The notes: generated by a model not told the origin, from the letters alone. A stretch of DNA of 64,000 bases from Deltaproteobacteria bacterium (GCA_040218735.1 JAVJQW010000008.1:288001-352000); one strand, 5' to 3'; shown: positions 32,312-45,230, numbered from the stretch's first letter. Made by a program: numbers and translations.

Positions 32312-32980
32312 TCAGCGGCTCCCCGACAGGTCGACCGTGTACGCGTTGCTCGCGTCCGCCTCGACGAACACCGCGATGTCCGTCGCGCGATCGACGAGGC
32401 GCCCACTGTAGTCGACCGAGTCGATGTCGAGGAACCACGTGCCCTTCGGCATCGCGTCGTACACGATGCCTTCGTAGACACAGTCGTAGGACGCGTCGTC
32501 GTAGACGTAGCCGCGCCCGTCGTGCAGACGGACCCGCAGGCGCTCGATGTCACCGCAGCGCCCGCTGCCGTCGAAGGTCCAGTAGATCGTGAGTGAGCCG
32601 GTCTCGTTGTCGACGTCGATCAGGTACGTCTGGTGCGCGTACGCGACGACCGAGACGCGGTCGCGGGATTCGAACAGGACGTTGCCGTCGACGTCCTTGC
32701 CTTCGATGAAGACGTCGTAGGAGCCCTCGCGGAGGCGATCGATCGTGACGCCGTAGTCGTACTCCGCGCAGGTCAGCGAGAACGAGTCGCCGTCGCGCGT
32801 GCCGCTGACGTCGACGAAGATGCGGTCGACGCCCGCGTCGAAGCAGCTCCGCCCGCCGAACGTGTACTCGATCGTGAGCGAACCGCGGGCGTCGTCGTAG
32901 TAGGGATCCTCGACACCGACGACGCAGGCCGAGCCGAGGAGGGGGAGGGCGAGAGAAGCGAGAAGAAGTGATGAACGCAT
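32312..32980 (-). CDS. Lipoprotein with two internal beta-sandwich repeats
   Basis: Lipobox LGSAC; duplicated GSLTIxxTF..C units. Confidence 0.7.
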   Translation of the reverse strand: MRSSLLLASLALPLLGSACVVGVEDPYYDDARGSLTIEYTFGGRSCFDAGVDRIFVDVSGTRDGDSFSLTCAEYDYGVTIDRLREGSYDVFIEGKDVDGNVLFESRDRVSVVAYAHQTYLIDVDNETGSLTIYWTFDGSGRCGDIERLRVRLHDGRGYVYDDASYDCVYEGIVYDAMPKGTWFLDIDSVDYSGRLVDRATDIAVFVEADASNAYTVDLSGSR

Positions 32981-32993
32981 GCCGAATCCTCTC

Positions 32994-33009
32994 CGCAATC
33001 GACGTGCCA
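32994..33009 (-). promoter_or_regulatory. sigma54 -24/-12 promoter TGGCACGTCGATTGCG
   Basis: GG-N10-GC consensus, 13 nt upstream of ATG at 32980. Confidence 0.7.
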
Positions 33010-33139
33010 TCGAGCGCGCCGTGCTGTTGGGGGCAGCGTGTCTTTTGTCTGCGACAGTACCGATGCACTGCGTCGACACGGTGTGCGCGCGCTCGCCTCG
33101 GTTCCGATCGCCCATGACTCCACCTTGCCCGGAACAGGT

Positions 33140-33203
33140 CCAGCGCGCGGCGAAAGTCGGGGGACGCGCGGCGAAAGATCGGGCCGCGGAGCGGAAAACC
33201 GCG
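33140..33203 (+). repeat. Intergenic element with three GGCGAAA-like units at 21-bp period; second copy at 39859-39919 (-)
   Basis: 19-nt identity GGACGCGCGGCGAAAGATC (33162-33180 vs complement of 39882-39900). Confidence 0.65.
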
Positions 33204-33249
33204 TGATCGGTGGCGACGTCCGCGCGGTCCGACCGGACACGCCCGAGTC

Positions 33250-33279
33250 CGGACGAACGCCGGACGAAGCTCGGACGAA
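33250..33279 (+). repeat. Three CGGACGAA direct repeats at 11-bp period
   Basis: Copies begin at 33250, 33261, 33272. Confidence 0.7.
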
Positions 33280-33305
33280 GGGGTGGTTCCTGCGTCTTCG
33301 CGCGC

Positions 33306-33321
33306 TGGCACGAACGTTGTT
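33306..33321 (+). promoter_or_regulatory. Possible sigma54 promoter TGGCACGAACGTTGTT (non-consensus -12)
   Basis: Perfect -24 box, -12 is GT rather than GC; 12 nt upstream of ATG at 33334. Confidence 0.4.
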
Positions 33322-33333
33322 CATGCGCGTCGT

Positions 33334-34740
33334 ATGCGTAGAACGATCCTTCTGACCACCGCCCTTTGCTTCGCCTGTGCACCCGACGATGAACCGATCG
33401 CGCACAAGTCACCCGCAGCGCTCACCGTCTGCAACGCGACCGACCGCGCGGCGCTCCAGCAGCTCGCCGCGTCCATCGACATCTACGACGCCTGGGGCAG
33501 TCCAGGCTTCGACAAGGGCGAGGTCATCACGATCCGCGGGACCGGCTTCACGAGCCTCCCGGCGGGGACCGAGGTGCGGTGGCTGAGCGCCGTTCCGAAC
33601 GGTAGGGGCACGGTCGACACGTTCACCTCCTACGCTCCGGCGTCGTTGAATCCACACTTCCCGGACATCGAGATCTCTGCGGTCGTTCCGGATCATGCGG
33701 ACGGACGCGGCTCGCTCGCGTTGATCAAACGCGACACGTGCAAGTGGTTCAGCGGTGGGCAGCTCGTCGAAGGGGAGCGGCACATCGCGCTCGCGAGCTT
33801 CGGGTGGTTCGACTACGTCACCGAGCGGCCGGCCCCCTCGGCTCCGCCGCCCCGCGTCGACCCGGTTCGGGTGCTCACGGTGGGGCCGCACTTCGTGATC
33901 ATCGTGATGCCTCGGATGGAGGAGACGCACGCCTATCGGATCGAGTACCGCCGCGCGGGCGCTGGTGCGTTCCAGCCCTACGCGATCATCGGCGCCGGCG
34001 AGCCCACCTATACCGTCGCCGGCCTGCAGCCGCAGACGACCTACGAGATCCGCGTCGTCGCTTTCAACTCCGCCGGTGAAGCACCGCCGAGCGACGTTCT
34101 CGTCGCGACCACGACCAACATCAACGTGGAGGAAGAGTTCGTCTCGCTGACGGTGCTCGACACCTCCGAAACGGAGGGCCCCATCGATGGAATCGGCAGC
34201 ACGTTCGCGGCCCGGTCGGCGGTGGTCTACTGGGACGACGAGGCCGACGGCTGCGTCAACGCGCAGTCCGAAGTGGTCGAAGAGCCCGGTGGCTTCCTCT
34301 ATCACCTGCGGCCGGCGCCGCAGAACGTGGTGCCATGGATCCTGCTCAACGGCTGCGACTACGATCGCAACAACAACGGCGCGGCGAACCTGATCGTCTA
34401 CGCGTTGATCGACGCAACGCCCTTCGCCCGGACGGGCCAGCAGTTCGTCGCCCTCCACCTCCGCGTCGACACCTCGAAGAACCTCGTCGAGTCCGTCTCC
34501 ATGCAGGCGGGCGACTACGCGCTCGAGACCGGGCGTGTGATGTGGTCCGCCGCGATCGATCCGATCCAGAACGTCCAGCTTACGCTCCCGGGCGGGGGCG
34601 TGAACGGTCGGCTGTCCGGTTCGGTGACGGCGGCGCTGCTGTTCTCGGAGCCGATGCGGAGCGGCGGTCCGGCCGGATCGGTGGTCGACCACGTGGCCCT
34701 CGTGCGGCTCGACTTCGATCGCGTGGTCATCGAGGATTGA
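33334..34740 (+). CDS. Fibronectin type III / IPT-like domain lipoprotein
   Basis: Lipobox LCFAC; ITIRGTGF; YTVAGLQPQTTYEIRVVAFNSAGE. Confidence 0.75.
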   Translation: MRRTILLTTALCFACAPDDEPIAHKSPAALTVCNATDRAALQQLAASIDIYDAWGSPGFDKGEVITIRGTGFTSLPAGTEVRWLSAVPNGRGTVDTFTSYAPASLNPHFPDIEISAVVPDHADGRGSLALIKRDTCKWFSGGQLVEGERHIALASFGWFDYVTERPAPSAPPPRVDPVRVLTVGPHFVIIVMPRMEETHAYRIEYRRAGAGAFQPYAIIGAGEPTYTVAGLQPQTTYEIRVVAFNSAGEAPPSDVLVATTTNINVEEEFVSLTVLDTSETEGPIDGIGSTFAARSAVVYWDDEADGCVNAQSEVVEEPGGFLYHLRPAPQNVVPWILLNGCDYDRNNNGAANLIVYALIDATPFARTGQQFVALHLRVDTSKNLVESVSMQAGDYALETGRVMWSAAIDPIQNVQLTLPGGGVNGRLSGSVTAALLFSEPMRSGGPAGSVVDHVALVRLDFDRVVIED

Positions 34741-34745
34741 TCGAG

Positions 34746-35834
34746 ATGCGTCGCGTCGCGCTGTTGTTGTTCCTCGCCGGCTGTGGTCGCAGCGAGCTCG
34801 TCGACCTCGACGTCGTCTCCGAGGCGCCGACCGAGCTCGAAGTGGTCCTGGAGGGGGGCGTAAACGAGCTTGGGGTCGGCGGCGCCTTCGACGTCGGCCC
34901 CCGAGGGCTCGTCGCTCGCTACATCGCGGCCGAGGGCGTTCGATTCGTGCAGCTCGGGCGGTCCGAGATCGGGTGGGCAGTCGAACGCGAGCACTTCGCG
35001 GATACCGGCAACGGAGGGCCGCTCGCCTGGGGCGGCCGCACCGTCGCGTCCGGCGCGCCCGGCGGCGCGAGCTCTCCGGAGGTCCTGACCTTCGATGACT
35101 TCTCGGCGCCCGACGTCATTCTGACGGCTGCGCCCGCGTCGCCGCAGTTCGGTCGAGCGCTCGCGTTCTCGGGCGACCGCCTCGCGGTCGGCGACCCGGG
35201 GCTCGACGTCGGACGCGTGCACATCTACGCGCGGTCGTCCGCCGGGTGGAATCGACTCCACACGATCGAGGACGAGGCGCAGTCGTTCGGGAGCGCGCTC
35301 GACTGGTCGTCCACGACGCTCGTCGTCGGCGCGCCGTCCGAGCGAACCGTCGTGTTGTTCGACGAAGGCTTCGAAACGATCGCGCGGGTGGAAGGCCCGT
35401 CGACGGCGGGCGGCTTCGGGACGTCGGTGGCCTTCGACGGTAGGACGCTCGTCGTCGGCGCGCCGTCGGACGGCGGACTGTCGGGCGAGGGCGCCGTCTA
35501 CACGTACGCGGTCGGCGCGGACGTGCGCGCGGAGCAGGTGCTCCGGCGCGAGGGTGGACAGATGTTCGCCGCGTTCGGCTACCGCGTGTCGCTCCTCGAC
35601 GGTCGCCTCGTCGCGAGCGCACCCGGCGCGGCGAACGACGCGGGGGAGGTGCTCGTGTTCGAACATGCCGAATCGTGGCGCGTGACCCACTCGCTCGCAT
35701 CGCCGCACACCGGCGCTCGGCTCGGCGCGCAGATCGATCAGGACGCCGACGGGATCTACGTCGGTGCCCCACGCGTCAGCGACGCGGCGACATTGGCCGG
35801 GGTGCTCTACTTCGTCCGAATGTCCCCACTTTGA
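34746..35834 (+). CDS. FG-GAP repeat (integrin-like beta-propeller) lipoprotein
   Basis: Lipobox LAGC; repeated FG.....G..LVVGAP. Confidence 0.8.
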   Translation: MRRVALLLFLAGCGRSELVDLDVVSEAPTELEVVLEGGVNELGVGGAFDVGPRGLVARYIAAEGVRFVQLGRSEIGWAVEREHFADTGNGGPLAWGGRTVASGAPGGASSPEVLTFDDFSAPDVILTAAPASPQFGRALAFSGDRLAVGDPGLDVGRVHIYARSSAGWNRLHTIEDEAQSFGSALDWSSTTLVVGAPSERTVVLFDEGFETIARVEGPSTAGGFGTSVAFDGRTLVVGAPSDGGLSGEGAVYTYAVGADVRAEQVLRREGGQMFAAFGYRVSLLDGRLVASAPGAANDAGEVLVFEHAESWRVTHSLASPHTGARLGAQIDQDADGIYVGAPRVSDAATLAGVLYFVRMSPL

Positions 35835-35967
35835 CCCGGGCAACGCCCGTGCCGAACGTGTCGATGGGCGCGAACCGGTCCGAGCCCAAAGCCTTTGACA
35901 CAACCGTCGCGCCTCACTAGGTTCCGCGAGTGCACCCCTGGGGGACCAAGCGAGGGCGTCGGTAGCC

Positions 35968-39126
<3,159 letters not shown>

Positions 39127-39129
39127 GCC

Positions 39130-39801
39130 TCACGGGCAGGCCGGTTCGTCCGGGACGGCCTCCACGATCTCGCAGAACTCGGCCTCGAAGACACCTTCGA
39201 TCCGGTCGCCGCCCTTCGTCGCGACGAACGACCCGGTCGCGACCCCGCCGGGCGTGGCGTCGAAGGCATCGAGCGTCAGCATCGCCGCGCTCGTCTCGAA
39301 CGCGGGCGCGACGGTGGTCTTCTCACAAGCGGTGTCGGTCCGAACCATCATCGGGAAGCCGTACTGCGGACCGGCCGGCGGCGGGACGGGGCTCGGCCCC
39401 TCGAACGCGGGGACGCCGTACGGAATCTCTCCCGGCACGACGGGCGACCACTCGCCGTCGTCGTCGAGGCCGAGCATCCACCACACGAGCAGGCGGCCGT
39501 CCGTGACGTTCAGGTCGGGCTCGAAGATCTGCGCGCTCACCTCGCGCCGTTGGAGCTGCCCGCACACGTCGGCCTCGCTCGACATCAACAGCACGAGCAG
39601 GTCGCCGGGGACCTGAGCCTCCGCGGCGACGAACGCCGCGCTCTTCACGTCGATCGCGAAGCCGTCGAGCGAGCCGGTGACCGCGTTCGGCGCGGGCGCC
39701 TCGACGGGCGGAGTGAGCGTGGTGCCATCGTCCGCGGGCCCTCCACAGGCGGTGGCAAGGACGCAGAGCAGGGTGAAACAAGGGACTCGGTGTTCGTTCA
39801 T
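39130..39801 (-). CDS. Putative lipoprotein
   Basis: Lipobox LATAC; C-terminal ATGSFVAT...IEGVFEAEFC. Confidence 0.65.
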   Translation of the reverse strand: MNEHRVPCFTLLCVLATACGGPADDGTTLTPPVEAPAPNAVTGSLDGFAIDVKSAAFVAAEAQVPGDLLVLLMSSEADVCGQLQRREVSAQIFEPDLNVTDGRLLVWWMLGLDDDGEWSPVVPGEIPYGVPAFEGPSPVPPPAGPQYGFPMMVRTDTACEKTTVAPAFETSAAMLTLDAFDATPGGVATGSFVATKGGDRIEGVFEAEFCEIVEAVPDEPACP

Positions 39802-39858
39802 GTCTTCGAGGCTACGCCTAAACCGCCCCGTCAGTCGTTTTGTGATCGCGCCGACGTC

Positions 39859-39919
39859 CGCGTTTCCGTTCGCGCGCGAGGGATCTTTCGCCGCGCGTCC
39901 ACCGTGTTTCGCCCGCTGG
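39859..39919 (-). repeat. Second copy of the phased GGCGAAA intergenic element
   Basis: TTTCGCC at 39907 and 39886, TTTCCGT at 39863 on + strand. Confidence 0.6.
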
Positions 39920-39947
39920 CGATTCACCGCCCGGGCAACCTGGTCTC

Positions 39948-40898
39948 ATGGCACGGGTGTACCTCTTCGCGATCCTCTCCCTCGGCGTCGCCGCCCCCGC
40001 GTGGGCCGGCTCCGACCTCGACCGCGACACCCGCTCGCGCCACGACCGCGCGTCCTCGTCGTCCTCCTCGAGCAGCAGCTCGTCCTCGTCCGACGACGAC
40101 GACGACGACGATCTCGATGACGACGTTTGGACCTCCGACGGCAGCGGCGGCTACTACTACAGCGACACGCCGCCGCAGCCGAAGCTCGTCGGCCAGGCGC
40201 ACGTCATCGCCGGCTTGCACTTCGACCGCCTCTCCGGGACGACCGGCGGGACGGTCGTTCACCAGGACGGGCTCGGCTTCGGCCTCGCGCTCGACCTCGC
40301 CGTGTTCGGCGCAGGCGCGCCGCGTTTCGATCGCACGGGGCTCGCGCTCAACGTGACCTTCGGACGCGCGAACCTGCTCGAGGGGTACCGACCGACCGGC
40401 GCCGACTACACGAGCGACCTCGCGCTGAGCACGCTCGAGATCGACTTCGGACCGCGCTGGGTCCAGCAGATGTTCGGTTTCGAGATCGGCTACGGGATCG
40501 GGTTCGGCGTGACGTGGATGCGCGCGAACGAGGAGTTCTCCGACGGCCTCGAGCTCAACGAGACGCTCGCGTTCGGCGCCCGCATGCGGCCCTACGTCTC
40601 GCTGTCACCGGTCGTCGAGCCGAACGCGAGCCGGCCGTTCTTCGACGTCGGCGTCGCCTTCTTCGCGGGGTCGATCACGGAGTACGAGGAGGACTACGAC
40701 AGCCTCGTCGCGGGGCTGGATCCGGTCATGGTGACCCCGTACGCCCGGCTCGGTTATCTGCTCGCCCTCGGGCACGGGGTATCACTGGGGACGAACTACG
40801 AAGTCGAAGTGATCGGGGATCGCTTCATCAGCGGCTCGCTCTCGCACCGCGTGCAGTTCCTGGTGCGGCTCTTGGACGAGAACCACTTCACGCCCTGA
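39948..40898 (+). CDS. Secreted protein, probable outer-membrane beta-barrel, with poly-Ser/poly-Asp N-terminal tract
   Basis: Signal peptide ending AWA; alternating beta-strand pattern. Confidence 0.6.
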   Translation: MARVYLFAILSLGVAAPAWAGSDLDRDTRSRHDRASSSSSSSSSSSSSDDDDDDDLDDDVWTSDGSGGYYYSDTPPQPKLVGQAHVIAGLHFDRLSGTTGGTVVHQDGLGFGLALDLAVFGAGAPRFDRTGLALNVTFGRANLLEGYRPTGADYTSDLALSTLEIDFGPRWVQQMFGFEIGYGIGFGVTWMRANEEFSDGLELNETLAFGARMRPYVSLSPVVEPNASRPFFDVGVAFFAGSITEYEEDYDSLVAGLDPVMVTPYARLGYLLALGHGVSLGTNYEVEVIGDRFISGSLSHRVQFLVRLLDENHFTP

Positions 40899-40987
40899 CC
40901 GCCGGCTTTGTTGCCCTCGCCCATCAGGTGTTGGGTGCACCCGTCACTCGGGACATTCGGATCACCCGTGGCCCTCGATTCACTTCT

Positions 40988-41003
40988 CGGCACACATCGT
41001 GCT
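40988..41003 (+). promoter_or_regulatory. Probable sigma54 promoter CGGCACACATCGTGCT
   Basis: GG-N10-GC; GGAGG RBS and ATG follow. Confidence 0.55.
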
Positions 41004-41050
41004 GAAATCAGCGGGCAGGCCAGGAAGGCCACTACGGAGGACGGAGCAGC

Positions 41051-41971
41051 ATGGCACTTTCACCCCTCAACGGCGACAACGCATTCCTCGCGCAGGCGCT
41101 CGCGATTCGCGACCTGCCCCCGGAGGTCCAGGAGCAGATCCGCGCGCAGGCGGAGCAGTTCTCGGAGGGCGATCGCGACACGATCGACACCCCGAACGAG
41201 ATGCGCGCCCTGCAGCAGCTCCTGCTCGGGCTCGATCCCAACGTCGTCGCCCAGAACCCGCAGCTTCAGCAGATGCAGCAGTTCGCGCAGCAGGTCACCG
41301 ACCCGATGCTCCTGGTCGAGATGATCAAGAACCGCATGGGCGAGAACCAAAACGGCGGCGGCGGCGGCGGCGGTGGCGGAGGTGGCCTCGGCAACATGCT
41401 CGGCAACCTCGGCGGCAACATGTTCAACAACCCGATGACCAGCCTCGGCTCGAACTTCACCGGCGGCGGTGGTGGTGGCGGCGGCGGCGGCGGTGTCGGA
41501 ACGACGCCCGTCTCCGGTCCGGCGCAGGCTTCGTACCCGGCCGGGGAGATCAACGGCGACCGCTCGCAGTTCGCCATGGACTACCTGCAGCAGGAGCTCG
41601 GCATCACGCGCGAGCAGGCGGCGGGCATCGTCGGCAACCTCGCCGTCGAGTCGGGCGCGAGCCTCGACCCGACCGCCATCGGCGACAACGGCAACGCCCG
41701 CGGCGTCGCGCAGTGGAACGGCCCGCGCAAGCGCGCGCTCGAGGCGTTCGCCGCGCAGCAGGGCCGGTCGCCGGACGACTTCCGGCTCCAGCTCCAGTTC
41801 ATGGTGCACGAGCTGAAGACCTCCGAGAGCGGTGCGCTTGCCGCGCTGCGCGGGACGAACACCGCCGCGGACGCCGCGCTGGTGTTCTCGCAGCGCTACG
41901 AGCGCCCCGGCATCCCGCACAACGATCGCCGGATGGCCTACGCCAACCAGGCGCTCGCGCAGTACGCCTGA
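41051..41971 (+). CDS. Phage-tail-lysozyme-type (Phage_lysozyme2-like) domain protein with Gln/Gly-rich N-terminus
   Basis: AAGIVGNLAVESG, GVAQWNGPR, QLQFMVHEL, YERPG; no signal peptide. Confidence 0.8.
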   Translation: MALSPLNGDNAFLAQALAIRDLPPEVQEQIRAQAEQFSEGDRDTIDTPNEMRALQQLLLGLDPNVVAQNPQLQQMQQFAQQVTDPMLLVEMIKNRMGENQNGGGGGGGGGGGLGNMLGNLGGNMFNNPMTSLGSNFTGGGGGGGGGGGVGTTPVSGPAQASYPAGEINGDRSQFAMDYLQQELGITREQAAGIVGNLAVESGASLDPTAIGDNGNARGVAQWNGPRKRALEAFAAQQGRSPDDFRLQLQFMVHELKTSESGALAALRGTNTAADAALVFSQRYERPGIPHNDRRMAYANQALAQYA

Positions 41972-41979
41972 TTCGACGG

Positions 41980-42648
41980 CTAAGCGTTGGGGTCGAGCCC
42001 GTAGAACTTGTACAGGCGTAGCGAGTTCAGGGCCGCCACCAACACGAAGAACACGACGATCAGAATCCACCACGGCGTGCCGTGGGCGTAGACGCCGTAC
42101 CCGAAGTACGCACACAGCCCGAGCGAGAACAGCCCCTGCGCGAGGAGCAGGAGCCGGTGCGGCTTCACGAACGACGCACCGAACATCAGCCCGTTCCACG
42201 CCGCGAACACCAACCAGAACGTCGTCGGGTCGAGCAGATAGAACACGACGCTGATGACTCCGAAGATCCCCCGCGACGCGCGGCTCTTGGCGAACGGGGC
42301 GCGCATCATCGCGTCGGCGATCGGATCGATCCACTTGCGCAACTCGACTTGCTGGCTCGCGGGGACGGTGACGACGATGCGCTCGTCGCTTCGCAGCGTC
42401 ACACCCACCGCGCCGCCGGGCATGAACACCAGCGACCCGAGCGTCGCGAGCTCGTCGCGCCGGTAGGTCAGCTCGCGGTCACCCGCAAGGTTACGCACGT
42501 AGAGGTGCTCCGGGTGAAACGAGGCCACCCACTTGCCGCCCTTCGGCGGGTCGACCGCGAAGAGCGTCGGACCCAGCTCCTCGGACGAACGCGACGAAGA
42601 GCCGCCCGCGAGGTCAGCGTCCGGAGTGGCGAACGGATCCGCGCCCAT
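41980..42648 (-). CDS. Hypothetical membrane protein
   Basis: About four C-terminal TM helices. Confidence 0.65.
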   Translation of the reverse strand: MGADPFATPDADLAGGSSSRSSEELGPTLFAVDPPKGGKWVASFHPEHLYVRNLAGDRELTYRRDELATLGSLVFMPGGAVGVTLRSDERIVVTVPASQQVELRKWIDPIADAMMRAPFAKSRASRGIFGVISVVFYLLDPTTFWLVFAAWNGLMFGASFVKPHRLLLLAQGLFSLGLCAYFGYGVYAHGTPWWILIVVFFVLVAALNSLRLYKFYGLDPNA

Positions 42649-42670
42649 GGCTGCGGTCGTAGCGCTTTTT

Positions 42671-45160
42671 TCAGCGGGCGGCGATCGTTTCCGAGGCCCA
42701 CGCGAGGGCCGCCTCCAGCGAGGGCGCCGCGTCGAGGCGCACGCGCTGCTCGAGCGGCTCGACCCACGTGGGGTGCAGGCTCCGCCAGCCGGTCGAGTCC
42801 AGGCCGATCCACAGCGGCCGTTCGGCGGCGAGGTCGACGAGCTGCGGGACGTCGGCGACGCCGAGGATGTCGAACACGTACGCGCTGGAGGGCGGCGTGC
42901 GCGCGAGGATGTCGCGCCAGGAGCCGAACGTCGGGCCGATGACCGCGGCGTCGAACGCGTCGTAGAGCACCTGCGCGAAGAGGCCTTCGACCGACGCCTC
43001 GGGGCCGCGTGCGATCAGCGCGACCGGCCGGTTGCCGACGCTCGGTAGCGAACGCATGGCGTCGCGGATCTGCGCGAGGTCGAACGCGCGATGGACGGCG
43101 AGGGTGTCGCCGTGGAGCGCGTTCGACGCCATCAGCCACGTCTCGGGTGCGGCGATCTCTCCGCGCCCTCGTGTCTGCAGGTACAGCGCGGAGACGCCGG
43201 CGCGTCGCGCGGCGTCGAGCACGCCGCTCAGCGCGGTGCCGCTCGCGTCGGTGACGAGGACGACGGGGCCGTCGCCGTCGTGGACGTAGAGTGCGGCGGG
43301 GATGCGCACCCCGGGGGTGGTCTCGAAGACGTACCGTTCGACGTCGAAGCCGAAGACCGTGGTGTACGCGTCGACGAGCTCGGGGTCGGGGGTCGCGTCG
43401 CGTGGTGCGTTCAGGTGCTCGAAGATCAGCTCGCGGTAGCGCTCGCGATCCAGGTCCTCGAAGGCGGGCAGTCGATCGATGTGGTCTTCGGCGCGTTCGC
43501 GCGCGAGTCGTGTCAGCGGCCTCGGCGTCGCGACGCGACCGCTCGGCGAGACCCAGAGGCGTTCGTCATCTTCGTCGAGGAGGTCGAGCGTGCCTTCGTC
43601 GATCGGATCACCCGGGCCGCCGCGCAGCGCGGCGTCGACGAAGCCGTACATGCGTTCGCGCATCGGACGGTCGTAGGTGTGGCCGACGTCGAACGGCGCG
43701 TGCTCCAAGGTCCCGTCTTCGAGGCCGTAGCGGATGTCGGCGAGCGCGACGGAATCGAGCGCGCCGCGGATCGGGAAGCCGCGATCGCGTTCGCCCGAGA
43801 GCACCAGGTACGGGCGCGGCGCGGCGAGCGCGACGAGCTCGCCCATGTCGGTGAAGCCGGCGACGCCCGGCGCGTAGGAGCACGGGTCGTGGTACTCGCC
43901 GGTGCTCAGGAACGCTTCGTAGGTCGTAACGTACGAGGCCGGGGCGGCGACCGCGACGCGTTCGTCGTAGGCCGCGAGGAAGAGTGTGTTGAGGCCGCCC
44001 CCGGAGTAGCCGCTCACCGCGAGGCGCGTGGTGTCGATCTCGCTGCGGGTCTCGAGATAGTCGATCGCACGCACGGAATCCCAGACGGTGATCGCGAGGT
44101 TCGACAGGCCCGTGATCGTGAGGCCCCAGTGCCGGTGGTGTTCGTTGCCGGACACCTTGCGCTCGCCCTGCCCGAATGGGTCGTAGACGAGCGAAGCAAA
44201 GCCGAGCTCGGCGAGCCGCGCCGCGCGACTCGTGGCGAAGTGCGAGCGCTTCGAGAGTCCGTGTCCGAGCGGGGAGAGGACGACGGGGAAGGGCGGTTGG
44301 CCGATCGTCGGGATGTAGAGGTTCGCGGTGACGACGACGCCCGGGCGCGACTCGAAGCGGACGACGTCGATGTCGTATTCGTCGCGTTCGATCGTGCGGA
44401 CGACCTCGGCGTCGAGCGGCGTGCGCTCCGGTTCGGGGAACAGCCCGAGGGCCGCGGCGAGGCGGGGTTCGACGAACGCTCGACGGTTGTCCCACTGCTC
44501 GATCTCGAGCGGCACGGGGATGTGCGTGCGGCGCGCCTCGGTGCGCGCGATGAGCTCGTCGTGCATCATCGAATCGGCGACATCGGGATCGAAGAGCCGC
44601 GCGCGCGCTTCTTCGAGCGTGAGATCGGCGCCGAGGCCATTCGTCACGAACAGCGCGTCGACCACTTCGATACCGTCACCGCCGTCCCGCACGACGAGGC
44701 GCGTGGGACCGTCGAGCTCCACCGCCCCGGCCCGCACCCAGGTGAACCCGCGCGACGACGAGGGTCCGTGCGTCGGCGCGAAGGCGACGCCGCCCAGCTC
44801 GATGACGAACGCACGATCCTTGTCGTCCGCGAATGCGCGCACCCAGACGGCGTAGGTGCCGGGCTCGAGGTCGACGGCGACGGAGGCGGTGCCCGTCGCC
44901 GGGCGCATGGAGAGGCCGGACGTCAGGAACCCTGTCCCCGAGTACGGGACGAGGTTCGTCTGCCGGCGCCAGTCCGACTCCAGATCCTCGGCTTCGATCC
45001 ACCGATGGCAGCACGCGGTCGCGGTGTACGTCGGCTCGACGACCCACCACGACTCGTCGAACGCGGGTGTCCCCGTCGGCCCCGGGGCGCCGCCGCCGCC
45101 CGGCGCCGGCGGTGCACCGCAAGCCGCGGCGAGCATGAAGATGGCGACCGCGCGTCGCAC
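42671..45160 (-). CDS. Alpha/beta-hydrolase lipoprotein (acetylxylan esterase-like) with N-terminal carbohydrate-binding-like module
   Basis: Lipobox AAAC; IEAED beta-sandwich; GYSGGG nucleophile elbow; second degenerate hydrolase half. Confidence 0.75.
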   Translation of the reverse strand: MRRAVAIFMLAAACGAPPAPGGGGAPGPTGTPAFDESWWVVEPTYTATACCHRWIEAEDLESDWRRQTNLVPYSGTGFLTSGLSMRPATGTASVAVDLEPGTYAVWVRAFADDKDRAFVIELGGVAFAPTHGPSSSRGFTWVRAGAVELDGPTRLVVRDGGDGIEVVDALFVTNGLGADLTLEEARARLFDPDVADSMMHDELIARTEARRTHIPVPLEIEQWDNRRAFVEPRLAAALGLFPEPERTPLDAEVVRTIERDEYDIDVVRFESRPGVVVTANLYIPTIGQPPFPVVLSPLGHGLSKRSHFATSRAARLAELGFASLVYDPFGQGERKVSGNEHHRHWGLTITGLSNLAITVWDSVRAIDYLETRSEIDTTRLAVSGYSGGGLNTLFLAAYDERVAVAAPASYVTTYEAFLSTGEYHDPCSYAPGVAGFTDMGELVALAAPRPYLVLSGERDRGFPIRGALDSVALADIRYGLEDGTLEHAPFDVGHTYDRPMRERMYGFVDAALRGGPGDPIDEGTLDLLDEDDERLWVSPSGRVATPRPLTRLARERAEDHIDRLPAFEDLDRERYRELIFEHLNAPRDATPDPELVDAYTTVFGFDVERYVFETTPGVRIPAALYVHDGDGPVVLVTDASGTALSGVLDAARRAGVSALYLQTRGRGEIAAPETWLMASNALHGDTLAVHRAFDLAQIRDAMRSLPSVGNRPVALIARGPEASVEGLFAQVLYDAFDAAVIGPTFGSWRDILARTPPSSAYVFDILGVADVPQLVDLAAERPLWIGLDSTGWRSLHPTWVEPLEQRVRLDAAPSLEAALAWASETIAAR

Positions 45161-45230
45161 GACGCTGCCTATACTACCGTGTAGATCCTACAGGCGCGTC
45201 CCGAGAACGCTGCGCTAAGATCCCGGCGCC

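Noticed and set aside
33140-33200. c-di-GMP-I riboswitch (CGAAAG...GGGACGC resemblance)
   Set aside because: Lacks the upstream GGCAAAC and the GCAAAGC continuation; better explained as phased direct repeats
41051-41971. Prophage remnant
   Set aside because: The lysozyme-like gene is isolated, with no structural, terminase, holin or integrase genes
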